A stretch of 63,589 nucleotides of DNA, the filler included, from Octopus bimaculoides (taxonomy: Eukaryota): assembly GCF_001194135.2 (NCBI RefSeq). It is 11 parts of 10 records of this genome, joined end to end, with 100 filler letters (N's around TTAATTAATTAA, not from the genome) between each part and the next. Parts side by side here need not be neighbours in the genome. Positions count along the whole stretch, not along the records: positions 1 to 14,860 come from NC_068991.1; 10 more parts are not named here. One strand, written 5' to 3'. Position 1 is the stretch's first letter. The number at the start of each line of letters is the position of its first letter. This document shows positions 1 to 11,293 of this stretch, one piece after another. A program made the translations under genes and the position numbers. The notes under the pieces are model-generated. The model was not told the origin of the DNA. It was given only the letters and a program-made list of their open reading frames with translations, and ran no database searches.

Positions 1-604
1 TATAGGTATTTACTCCACTCTAAACGCTTTGCGACGTTTATTTTTTAAAGTAGTGATTTTCTGATTGCAGTCCTCGTGAAATCCGGCTTTGTGCAGCTCC
101 CGGCGAACAGTTTTGGTGGAAACTGGGTTCTCGAGGTGGTCATTAAGCTCTGCAGTAAATTTGGGAGCTGTACTTTTGTGATCCTTTCTAACAATTCGCG
201 TAAGAGTCCGACGGTCGGTCCCTATCTGAACGTTTCGGTTTCCTTCCAGAGTTTTGTTTCGACGGGGAGGTTTTTCCCTCTTTTTCAAAGGCTGTCATTA
301 CTTTCGAAACAGTACTTCTTGATACACCAAACATTTCGACTGTTTTCATTACGTTAGCGCTTGCCATAGAAGCACCAACAATTTGACCTCTTTGAAAGTC
401 CGATAGATCTGTCATTTTAATGAATGTTAATTACCTCTTTCTGATGATATCTGATACGAAACAGCAATTTTAGAAAAGCATATTAAGCAACACTAATAAT
501 AAATCAAAAAACATAAAAATGAACAAGCTTTTCACTGTTTTATAGATATTTCAAAATTTTGACGCTATGATACTAGGTGTTTCCATTATTTTGTCCAGCC
601 CCTG
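1..604 (-). mobile_element. Tc1-family DNA transposon, 5' part (decayed transposase N-terminus, runs off the window)
   Basis: Minus-strand MTDLSDFQRGQIVGA...VSRSTVSKVM...SGRKPK paired HTH, continuing after a frameshift as RTLTRIVRKDHKSTA...VSTKTVRRELHKAGF. Terminus CAGGGGCTGGACAAAATAATGGAAACACC (minus) ends at 604. Confidence 0.85.
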
Positions 605-610
605 TGTATA

Positions 611-934
611 AGAGTGGGTACTCAAAAGTAACCGTAAACGTTCTCTGCAGGACAAACCCGTTGTAATTCAGGCTTCCGCCTCTAGAAGTCATTTGATACA
701 ATCCTCAGGCATCAGTCTACCGATTGGCGGCGTCCTCTTGAGTCGGACTGCCCCATTGTGCGTCTTTGTTTTGCAGTGCTTCTCCTCCGTTCCTCAATAT
801 TTGCTATAGCTGAAATGAAGGAATAGCGTGCTTCCGTGAAATTTTGTTTTCGGCTGGGAAAAACGGTGACCAAAAGAGTTGTCATGCTTCAAACAGCTTA
901 TAAGGACACTGCCATAAGCAAAACACAAGTTTTG
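611..934 (+). mobile_element. Mariner transposon 5' fragment
   Basis: TA at 609-610 is followed by a TIR-like AGAGTGGGTACTCAAAAGTAACCG. From 815 it reads MKE*RASVKFCFRLGKTVTKRVVMLQTAYKDTAISKTQV, a mariner HTH. Truncated by the PLE at about 935. Confidence 0.8.
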
Positions 935-2009
935 CCGACGAATTTATTTATATTCTTATAAAATTAATGTGGGATATAAAATATGGAATATATAGTATAA
1001 TATAAATGGTAAAGTGAAAAATGAAATGAAGTGTTGAATGTCTTATTGAATATATGAAATATTGAGAATTAAATATAGAGAATCAAATATATAAAGAAAA
1101 TCAAATATATAAAGGCGAGTACGTACTTTCATGCCTATTGGCATTCATCAGGCCTCATCTGACAGACTTTAACAGACTGGCTGTGTTTTTGTCTTTTATA
1201 CCTATTCCTTTGGACAGCAGCAGTAGGTGTTTGGCTATTTTTAGAAATGATGCCAAGTTTATTTTTAGAAATGATGACATTTGAGAGATCTTTTGTTTTA
1301 GTTATAGGGATAAGATTTTTAAACCCCAAGTAAGATAAATTTAATCATTGTTTATTAAGAGTGGGCTTGAATTTCTTAATAAACTCCTTTTCTTTGCGTT
1401 TTCTCTCAATTTCATTCCGGTTGTAAAGTTTATGGAATGGAAATATCATAAAAGTTTCACGACCACATGTTGTCAGATGGCTACTCAGTGGTATTTGGCG
1501 GACTTCTGGGTTTTCAATCTGTTGTCGATGCACCCGTGAGCGTTCCGATAGTACATTACTTGTCTGGCCAGCGTATAGTTCTTCACAATTAGGGCATTTG
1601 ATGCAGTAGATTAGATTTCTACTTTTGTAGTTCATGTTCGCATTGGTGAATATTTCCCTGTTTTTGTGTTCATATATGAGCCGGTATGAATTGATCGGCA
1701 TGTACCACATCGGCTATCATTGCATTTGGATACAGTGAATGTTTGATTTTTGTTGCTGAGGTCAAACCTTGCCTTTGTTAATAGCTTTTTCAAGTTTTTA
1801 GGTTGTCTCTTACTGAGAGTTATATTTTGATCTGTAATGATATTTCTCAATTCCTTACTTTGTGCAAGGATCGGTAAGTTCGCTTTAGCGATATTGAAGA
1901 TGTTCTGGTGGCATGGATTTTGTATCACTATAAATGGTAGGATTTTTTCCTGTTTTTCTCTTCAATATTGGTATCGAGTTCAACTCATGGTTGTGAATGG
2001 ATTGTCTCG
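935..2009 (-). mobile_element. Penelope-like retroelement 3' part: RT linker, GIY-YIG endonuclease (one frameshift) and 3' terminal repeat
   Basis: ORF 1632-1928 (NIFNIAKANLPIL...SKRQPKNLKKLLTKARF...CNDSRCGTC) joins ORF 1345-1710 (NLIYCIKCPNCEELYAGQT...ERSRVH...EKEFIKKFKPTLN) across a 1-nt deletion at KTGK/IFTN. Continues into the N-gap at 2010. Confidence 0.9.
1112..1156 (-). ncRNA. Minimal type I hammerhead ribozyme, intact core
   Basis: Minus strand reads GAGGC-CTGATGA-ATGCC(AATA)GGCAT-GAA-AGTACGTACT-C-GCCTT. Stems I, II and III all pair and all invariant core bases are present. CUC cleavage triplet; lies in the PLE 3' repeat. Confidence 0.85.
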
Positions 2010-2939
2010 NNNNNNNNNNNNNNNNNNNNNNNNNNNNNNNNNNNNNNNNNNNNNNNNNNNNNNNNNNNNNNNNNNNNNNNNNNNNNNNNNNNNNNNNNNN
2101 NNNNNNNNNNNNNNNNNNNNNNNNNNNNNNNNNNNNNNNNNNNNNNNNNNNNNNNNNNNNNNNNNNNNNNNNNNNNNNNNNNNNNNNNNNNNNNNNNNNN
2201 NNNNNNNNNNNNNNNNNNNNNNNNNNNNNNNNNNNNNNNNNNNNNNNNNNNNNNNNNNNNNNNNNNNNNNNNNNNNNNNNNNNNNNNNNNNNNNNNNNNN
2301 NNNNNNNNNNNNNNNNNNNNNNNNNNNNNNNNNNNNNNNNNNNNNNNNNNNNNNNNNNNNNNNNNNNNNNNNNNNNNNNNNNNNNNNNNNNNNNNNNNNN
2401 NNNNNNNNNNNNNNNNNNNNNNNNNNNNNNNNNNNNNNNNNNNNNNNNNNNNNNNNNNNNNNNNNNNNNNNNNNNNNNNNNNNNNNNNNNNNNNNNNNNN
2501 NNNNNNNNNNNNNNNNNNNNNNNNNNNNNNNNNNNNNNNNNNNNNNNNNNNATATATATATATACATGCATACACGCATACATACATGCATACATACATA
2601 CATACATACATACATACATACATACATACATACACACGCAGAAACGCACTCATCACGCCACACACAGACACACAAAATTAAGCATATTACATTTTCATCA
2701 ATAGAAAACGATATCAACAGTTAATACAGGATATAGATATATATATATAGTATGTCAATATCAAATACCGTTACATAATGCAAACGTCTAAAATGTAATC
2801 CCATGTACTAATATTGAGTTTAAATTAATTTCATTTAGAGATAAGTTCGACTGAATTCCTTTCTAAATGATATTTGATCCGTTAACCCTGTAAATCAGGA
2901 CAAAATCCTTGACTTAAGTCGATTAAATCTAACGACTGG

Positions 2940-3790
2940 TGGTATTTGTATAACAGCTTGCTACTTCAAGTGCAGTCAGTCGAAAATTCCTCATTCCGGA
3001 TGCCAGCAGGTTTTAGGAGTTATTTCAGGAGTTACCAAGGGAGAAAGTGCACCATTTCGGTGCCTTCCCTTCAACAGTTTTACAACGCATCGCCCCACCT
3101 CACTGATGTGAGACCCCCACCGACTGACTAGTATAAGACCTGAAGTCCATTTCTTGATCATCACCTCTCCAGTCAGGTTTCATCAGTCTTTTGCAGCCAT
3201 ATCCAATGACTGGATCTCTTTCAAGATGGCGCTTGCTTGCCGATATTGGACATCAATTGATAGCAGACATCGTTTCAGTCTGGTGCCAGTTAAGCCCCGA
3301 CATCCATCTTCCACAGGAAAGTGTACTGTACTCCAGCCAGCATCCATATAGTGTTCCAGTGGCACCTTATAAAGCTTGTCTTTCCTAATCTGGGATGCAT
3401 CTAAATTGTCTTCGCGTGAAACAATTTATTCAACAAGGTGTATTGTCTTAGGTTCCAGATACCATAATGTTATATCCGGCTTCTTCCTTGTTGGTATTAG
3501 AAAGGGGCGTTCACACTCTACAAGATCTGTTGCCACCTCCCATACACCTTCCCAATTCTCGTCATACACAATTGTCTTCTGTTTTGGGTAACCATCTTGA
3601 CCTTGAGGGACAAACCTTATAAATTGCTCACTATCATCCTTCTGCAGTTTCTTGTTACCATTGATTGCTTCAACATGCTTCTTGATGCACTATAGAAAAT
3701 TTTGTGCCTCCATGTATACCTTTTCAAAGTCATTAAGCAGGTAGATAGAAAATTTGCTGTAGCGTGCCAATTTTTCTGCATCTACATTTG
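2940..3790 (-). mobile_element. HERO-like non-LTR retrotransposon remnant (REL endonuclease and 3' UTR)
   Basis: Minus frame FIRFVPQG...WEVATDL...PTRKKPDITLW...IHLVE*IVSREDNLDASQIRK...AGWSTVHFPVEDGCRG matches the PD-(D/E)xK REL tail of HERO/NeSL-type elements. Confidence 0.75.
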
Positions 3791-4244
3791 TCGTCATTCG
3801 TCAATATATTACTAGTAAATTTAATTCGTCAATATATTACTAGTAAATTTAATTTGAATATTGTTTGGCACAAGATCAATACTAATCGAGAGACCTTTTA
3901 TCGTTGGCATTCTAAATGCGACTACCTCGTCTTTTGAGGGGTTTATGTAGGACTACATGGTCTAAACTGTGTTCTTATATTTCACAAGTAGGGAGAACTT
4001 GCTATTTCTTGCAAATTAAGCGACCACGTTGGCATGGGGGCATTCATTCCACGGATTCTTCTGCTTGACGAAAGGTCACAGAAAAAGAGCTTAACCGCTG
4101 ATGAAATTTCGAGGTCTGTATACTACGTCGCCTGATAACAGTCGTATGAAAGTTTCATCTCCAGGATGTGTGTGTGTGTTATTGTGTGTGTGTGTGTGTG
4201 TGGACGTGTGTGTATAACTGTATGTATGCATGTTCGAATGAATG

Positions 4245-4319
<75 letters not shown>

Positions 4320-4329
4320 AATTGCAGGT

Positions 4330-4890
4330 GTTTATAAGCTATTTAAAATAACACAAACACCGTTACATTCACTTCAGCATTTGAATTTAATTTGTCAAAA
4401 TATCTTCGTCGCTTTGAGACTGCGACCTTTTCACTAACAAATGAGAGAAAATGGAGAGGATACAAAACGATATACATCAGCTAGTAGACATTCCAGTGTG
4501 TCTATTTATTCAAAAGTATTAGAAAGTATTAGAAGAGTACATACACATATAGTAACTATGTGTTACACATACATGTATTAATTAATATTTCAGGAAAGAG
4601 TATAAGATCAGTTCCTTACGGCCGTGTCCGCCAAGAGACAACGAAATCTTTCATGCTACCTCCATCTCTTCGGTGTTCTGTAGGGATGGGCAGATGAAGT
4701 TTGGATGATGAGTGTGCCTCTAGGCTTCTTCAGAATTTCTATGTATTTCAGAATATCACAATGCGAACTACTGCTCTTTATGTAGAGTGGTTCTCCGTCT
4801 CAATGTCATACTCGTCTATCCTATATAGTGATGTCCACAACCCGAGCAGGTTATTACATAAATTAGGTTCTCAGAGACACAAGTGAAAAT
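4330..4890 (-). mobile_element. Second Penelope-like remnant (GIY-YIG fragment and 3' repeat)
   Basis: Minus frame at about 4780-4885 reads TCVSENLIYVITCSGCGHHYIG*TSMTLRRRTTLHKEQ (GIY-YIG). A hammerhead-like fold lies downstream. Confidence 0.8.
4390..4442 (-). ncRNA. Degenerate hammerhead fold with G at core position 3
   Basis: Minus strand reads ATTTGTTA-GTGAAAA-G-GTCGC(AGTCTCAAA)GCGAC-GAA-GATATT-T-TGACAAAT. It has an 8-bp stem I and a perfect 5-bp stem II at correct spacing; core positions 3, 8 and 15.1 deviate from consensus. Confidence 0.5.
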
Positions 4891-5119
4891 ACGTATTTAA
4901 ATAAATTTCAATGTCGTATTTAAATACGTATTTAAATAAATTTTAATGTCATGATTAGCGAAAGGGAAACCGGTCGACAAACACAATACAAGATATATCA
5001 AAAATTATATTAAAACTATATAAAGTGTGTGCATTTTCCTTCTTTAATTTGTTATATATATTACAACTCACCACGTGGGATAATCAAAATTCCTCCCTTT
5101 CTGTTACTATATATATATA

Positions 5120-5764
5120 CAAGGTGTCTCAAAAATTTGATATCATTTGAGATGTCCATATTGGAGTGACTATACGGTCAAGAGAAATGAAACTTAACAG
5201 GCTTAATTTTTAACATAACAAGTCTTATTCTACAGATTTCTAATGAAAATTTCTGTGAAGTGATTAATTTATAATGTTCCAATGTTATCATGGTTCTTTG
5301 AGATGGCGCAGAACATATTCACTTTTGGTGAGTCCCTTTCGTGTTCAATTGTGTTATGTGGGTTTCTAAGCTTGCTCTTCACACAGATTTCTTTGGACTC
5401 CAACTAAGCGTTTCCCAAAGTTGGTTCAACATCTCTTCTGAAACTGCTGGCCGTCCAGATCCTTTTTTCCGACACAAACAGCTTTCCTCCTGAAACTTCT
5501 TATGCTACGTCCAAATCTGCTTCCGTTTTGGCGCTCATTTATGAAATCTTCTAACAAATACACGTTGGATGTACTTCAATACACAAAAACACCTTTTCTG
5601 TTGCAGTAAACGGCATGTCTAATCGTGAAAAGAAAACATACGAAAGATTATATTTTAAAAGTCTTTTGAATTCTAGACATACTGCTAAAATTTGAGACAA
5701 TTTGGAGGAAAATTGTTCACGGTATTAGGTGATGAAATGATGTCAAATTTTTTGGGACACCCTG
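5120..5764 (-). mobile_element. Internally deleted Tc1/mariner element (DUF4817-type N-terminus) with both TIRs
   Basis: TA-flanked TIRs CAAGGTGTCTCAAAAATTTGATATCATTT and CAGGGTGTCCCAAAAAATTTGACATCATTT (reverse complement). Internal minus frame IQRVFVRRFHK*APKRKQIWT*HKKFQEESCLCRKKGSGRPAVSEE. Confidence 0.85.
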
Positions 5765-5779
5765 TATATATATATATAT

Positions 5780-6250
5780 TACTGATAGTAATGGTAAGAC
5801 AACAAAAGAATGAAAGACACCTCGATATTATGTAAATAGAGGAATTTATCTGTAAATATAATATGTGACAATTATTCGGTAGCTATGATAAAACTTCGAG
5901 TTTCGGATGTCGGGGTGGAAAGCCACGCCGACATCTCTTCAGTTCTCGGGCCATCAAAAAAATGCTATGAAAATGACCGTTTAACAAAGGGAAATTACTG
6001 TGTGATTGACCGTTATTAAGACAAAAGAGCTATTAGAATGACCGCTAAGTAAGGGGAGGGAGTAAAGGTAATGGAGTAAAAATGTTCATAGCAATCGCAT
6101 AATCGCACATGTCCATACATACGCATGCGCGCCTGCACATGGGTCGGGATGGAATACTGTTTTGATTATAGGTATGATCGCATGATCAGGTTTAACTGAG
6201 GGCTAAACAACGAAGACTGCTATATAACTATAATGATGTCTAAATATGTG
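5780..6250 (-). mobile_element. Probable third PLE terminal-repeat remnant
   Basis: Non-coding repeat-like segment carrying a hammerhead fold. No protein motif seen, so the PLE assignment is inferred. Confidence 0.45.
5887..5947 (-). ncRNA. Degenerate type I hammerhead ribozyme
   Basis: Minus strand reads GAGAA-CTGAAGA-GATGTCGG(C GTGG CTTT CCAC C)CCGACATC-C-GAA-ACTCGAAGT-T-TTATC. Intact CUGANGA and GAAA core with a long stem II; one stem I mismatch, one bulge, and one extra A in the ACTCGAGT palindrome. Confidence 0.65.
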
Positions 6251-6324
6251 CGCGCCTGGGTATGTGTTAGTAGATATGTTGTTGGTGATTCATGTTTGTA
6301 TGTTGTGCAGGGGGAGGGGTGTAT

Positions 6325-6735
6325 GTGATCTATCTATCCATCTATCTACCTATCTACCTACCTACCTACCTGCCTACCTATATACCTACCTTCCTATTTA
6401 TCTATCTACCTTTCTATCTCTCTACTTATCTATCTATCTAACTACCTATTTACCTATCTTTCTATCTGTCTGTCTATCAATCAATCTATCTCCCTACCTA
6501 CGTATTTATCTATCAATCTATATATATATATATACCTATCTACCTATCTACTTATTTGTCTATTTATTTATCTATTTATCTAACTATCTATCTGTTTATT
6601 TATTTATCTACATATCTATCAACTTGTCTACCTATTTATCTACATATCTACATATCTACCTGTCTGTCTGTTTATCTCGTTATCTATTTATCTACCTATC
6701 TATTTATCTGCCCGTCTATATATCTATCTATATAA
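6325..6735. repeat. Degenerate (TATC/TACC)n tetranucleotide array
   Basis: Visible simple repeat; explains ORF 6246-6749. Confidence 0.95.
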
Positions 6736-7223
6736 AGTTTGATATATAAAGAATATATAGATATATATGTTTTTGGGTGTATATGTTCCCACATTTACAC
6801 ATGCACACCTGCCTATACATACACACATATCCCTATACATACACGCATACATAAATAAATTTAAAAAAACATACATACATACATACATACATACATACAT
6901 ACATACATACATACATGCACACATATAATGAATCCTTTGCAGACTTTTTCCCCCGGTGCGATAATTACATCATACGGTGTGTGATGTAATTAGATTTACC
7001 AACGTTGTTGTCTTCAAATCGTGTAACCTTAATTGTCTATGTAGGTAGATCTTCACTTGGACTTTTAAACCACCTCAAGTTTTTCGTTCCCTGTATCTTT
7101 TTATCTCCTGTATATTTTTATCATTAAATTTTTTTAAATAACATAAAATAAAATTATCACTGTCCGAGACACTACCTTGGTCTACTGTTTTATCTTTTTC
7201 CTTCATCCAGTACAGCTACTAAC

Positions 7224-7421
7224 AACAAAGCTTGATGTAATCTCTTGTAAAATAGGGCGCCGTCTGCGACAGGCTTTCATTGGTAAAGTGTTAGAAATCA
7301 AAGGCGCATGTCTGACAAGCCTTGTTACGTCACATTTGACTCCAGATTGTCTATAAGAAGGATTACCACAAACATCGACAATGCAACAAAACAAAAGCCA
7401 GAAGAGACGGCCACTGTTCAT
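7224..7421 (-). CDS. Candidate first coding exon of a secreted or membrane protein (signal peptide)
   Basis: gaaATG start. MNSGRLFWLLFCCIVDVCG has n-, h- and c-regions with V-x-G at -3/-1, followed by 47 more open codons to a phase-0 GTTAGT donor at 7223-7218. GC and CpG content are higher than the flanks and no TE motif was recognised. Product not identified. Confidence 0.5.
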
Positions 7422-7683
7422 TTCATTGTTATTAATATATAAACTACTACGTCCTTTTTCACAATTTTAAATTTAATCTTACATTTTTTTTTTTTTTTGC
7501 CTCCGTTTTTTAGTATCATACTTTCTCTACTTTTATTCAATTTACACATACTATCATAGATGTGTTTCTTACAGGAATAAAAATAATAAACTACAAAAAT
7601 TTCGCTTAATCCTTTGCCTATCCAAAGCACTTTTTATAAACTTGACCTTAAACATTCTGGTTTGTTTTCAGACTTTTAGTTAA

Positions 7684-7844
7684 CCTTTGTTTCATACGTT
7701 CTGAATTATATAAAGGTTTCTTTTCCTAAGCCCCTAGTTACTTCGGCGCTTGAAAAACAATGGAAATATGTATCATATTTGATGCATGGACGCACTGGAA
7801 ACATGTCCTGTGTATCGGATGTGATAAACAGAACAAGCAAAGGG
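7684..7844. mobile_element. Short piggyBac-like MITE
   Basis: TTAA at 7680-7683 and 7845-7848 flank CCTTTG...CAAAGGG ends. Confidence 0.5.
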
Positions 7845-8909
7845 TTAAACGATAGTCATGCTTCAAGAATTCTAAAGAAAGAATGTATTTCTAGGTTTTT
7901 AAATTCACTTTTATGACTCCTAATACAAGAAAATGAGAAAAAGAAAACACGACTCTGACATTTTCTTGAAGTCACCATTCTACACTAACTAGAAACTAGA
8001 TGTGTTCTTTCTTTTGCTACATTATACAGCAGTCAATACTTAGGAAAATAATTTAATACAAACAACAATCTGTACAAAACCAAACAGAACATATGTATTC
8101 CTTATATTAGTATATGAATGTTTTTCTATATTTGTTCGAAAACCATTTTGACGTTCTAAACCCTCTAAGAGGATATTTAAAACTAACAACTGATGGGAGC
8201 CACTTCGAATTAGTGGCGTCTCATTCAGCTAAAATTATTTCACAACAATGCAAAAAGTGTAGACTCTTAATTAACTAATTATTAAAAAATATGATGTATT
8301 ACAGAATTATACTTTAGTCCTATTTTCCTTCTAATTCTATCAGTTAATTAGTTAATTATTACAATCAAAAGGCTTCATCAAACATCTAACCTGACACGTT
8401 GGATAAAAACTGTAACTTCCTATATATATANNNNNNNNNNNNNNNNNNNNNNNNNNNNNNNNNNNNNNNNNNNNNNNNNNNNNNNNNNNNNNNNNNNNNN
8501 NNNNNNNNNNNNNNNNNNNNNNNNNNNNNNNNNNNNNNNNNNNNNNNNNNNNNNNNNNNNNNNNNNATATATATATATATATATATATATAGCAGGCTAT
8601 AGTGAAGACTGTAACAATATTTTAATTTATGTATATATTAATATTATCTTGGTTGAAAAAACTTCGATAATGTAAATATCATTAGCATTCAGCGCTAGTC
8701 TTGCTTTTGTAAGTTGGTTCCCCGACGATGAATTTATGTGCATTTCCAGCACCTCTTACTTCTTTGGAGTAGAGTGCACATATATTTTGAAACATATGTA
8801 GGAATTAAAGGACCTTATTGCTTATACGCGTTTTGCTCCATTTATTATTATTCTTTATATATATATACGTATATAATGTACACATATGTATATACACACG
8901 CACACACAC

Positions 8910-9054
8910 GACAGGTTTCTTTCAGTTTCTGTCTAGCAAATCCGCTCAAAAGGCTTTGATCGGACCGAGACTATAATAGAGACACTTGACCAAGCTGCCG
9001 CGCAGTGTGACTGAACTCTGAACCATGTGGTTTGGAAGCAAGTTTCTTACCACA
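8910..9054 (-). mobile_element. tRNA/CORE-type SINE, family A
   Basis: Diverged match to the family A copies at 21732 and 42683 (CCTTGGGCAAGTG core, GAAACTGAAAGAAGCC end). Confidence 0.8.
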
Positions 9055-9058
9055 CATA

Positions 9059-9108
<50 letters not shown>

Positions 9109-9267
9109 CCTGTGTGTAAAATTATAATGCGAACTGTATATACATATATAAAGGTAATCTATGAACGAAAAATGTACAAAAACAACTAAGATCCAATCCC
9201 TGGAAAGGTAAATAAATATTGCAGTGAAGTCTTTGATTCTACATAGAAATAATCCCAATATACGAGA

Positions 9268-9363
<96 letters not shown>

Positions 9364-10182
9364 GTGTGTGTCTTTGTGTCTGTGTTTGTCACCCCATCAC
9401 CGCTTGACAACACAATTTATCTTCTCCACTGCCGACATCAACATTTAAAGAGAATTGTCAAAGAAGATCTATTCACTTTGTAACCAAACGTCAAATGAAG
9501 TTATATATAAGCAATCTGTTTCAGAAGAGGTCTAAAACTGACACCCAGAAATATCGCTTCAGTTTGATGGCGTTTCTCCTGCATTTCTTTGCATGGTCTT
9601 TGTTTCATCAAAGTTGTCCAAGGTTGTTGTTGAGTTGTTGTTACTGTTCTTTTACTTTGGTGCTGTTGTTATTTTGTTGTTACTGTTGTTATTGTTGCTA
9701 TTGTAGTTGTTGCTGTAACTTTCATTTTTCAGTTTTGTATTACGTACTTCATTTTCTTCGTTATTTTATTTTTCGGTCTTTTTTAATAAATATGCAAGCG
9801 ATGTATGTAAATGTGTGTGAGTGTGTGTGTGCATGTGTGTGTGTGTGTGTGTGTGCGTGTGCGTGTGCGTGTGTGTATGACATTGAATGTGTGTGTCTGG
9901 TTTTGAAAGCCCGCTCGTGCATGATTAGTTGTAAATGTGCACTATTCTATATAAAACGATTATTAATTGCCGCTCAAGTTACAGAAAGTGAAATATGGCA
10001 ATGTCCAGGGTGTTATATAGAGAGAAAGACTTAATACAAAATAGACTGGCTTACCTAAAGCTCTGCTGCTTAGAAGTGAAAATGGACATACACATAAACG
10101 TTTATACATTAGCAGACAACAGTACAATACAGAATAACAGGATAGAGTGGGGTAGAATATCAGAATATTTAGACCAGAGCTT

Positions 10183-10220
<38 letters not shown>

Positions 10221-11293
10221 NNNNNNNNNNNNNNNNNNNNNNNNNNNNNNNNNNNNNNNNNNNNNNNNNNNNNNNNNNNNNNNNNNNNNNNNNNNNNNNN
10301 NNNNNNNNNNNNNNNNNNNNNNNNNNNNNNNNNNNNNNNNNNNNNNNNNNNNNNNNNNNNNNNNNNNNNNNNNNNNNNNNNNNNNNNNNNNNNNNNNNNN
10401 NNNNNNNNNNNNNNNNNNNNNNNNNNNNNNNNNNNNNNNNNNNNNNNNNNNNNNNNNNNNNNNNNNNNNNNNNNNNNNNNNNNNNNNNNNNNNNNNNNNN
10501 NNNNNNNNNNNNNNNNNNNNNNNNNNNNNNNNNNNNNNNNNNNNNNNNNNNNNNNNNNNNNNNNNNNNNNNNNNNNNNNNNNNNNNNNNNNNNNNNNNNN
10601 NNNNNNNNNNNNNNNNNNNNNNNNNNNNNNNNNNNNNNNNNNNNNNNNNNNNNNNNNNNNNNNNNNNNNNNNNNNNNNNNNNNNNNNNNNNNNNNNNNNN
10701 NNNNNNNNNNNNNNNNNNNNNNNNNNNNNNNNNNNNNNNNNNNNNNNNNNNNNNNNNNNNNNNNNNNNNNNNNNNNNNNNNNNNNNNNNNNNNNNNNNNN
10801 NNNNNNNNNNNNNNNNNNNNNNNNNNNNNNNNNNNNNNNNNNNNNNNNNNNNNNNNNNNNNNNNNNNNNNNNNNNNNNNNNNNNNNNNNNNNNNNNNNNN
10901 NNNNNNNNNNNNNNNNNNNNNNNNNNNNNNNNNNNNNNNNNNNNNNNNNNNNNNNNNNNNNNNNNNNNNNNNNNNNNNNNNNNNNNNNNNNNNNNNNNNN
11001 NNNNNNNNNNNNNNNNNNNNNNNNNNNNNNNNNNNNNNNNNNNNNNNNNNNNNNNNNNNNNNNNNNNNNNNNNNNNNNNNNNNNNNNNNNNNNNNNNNNN
11101 NNNNNNNNNNNNNNNNNNNNNNNNNNNNNNGTGGTAGTGGTGGTGGTGGTGGTGGTGGTAGTGGTGGTGGTGATGGTGGAATTTGTGGCTTTTATTAAAC
11201 ATATTTCACAAGTTAAAAGAAACCACGTCAGAACGAACAACACCCACAGCAGCAGCGACAACAAACAATAACAACAACGTGAACAGTCACACT

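Noticed and set aside
435-475. CTGATGA...GAAAC hammerhead-like motif in the Tc1 5' region
   Set aside because: Stem II cannot close with a viable loop, and there is no stem III, NUH triplet or stem I partner.
4090-4165. CTGATGA and CTGATAA...GAAA motifs
   Set aside because: No consistent stem I or stem II pairing on either strand.
8189-8230. Imperfect 40-nt hairpin CTGATGGGAGCCAC...GTGGCGTCTCATTCAG
   Set aside because: No recognisable RNA family motif; likely an internal palindrome of a decayed DNA element.
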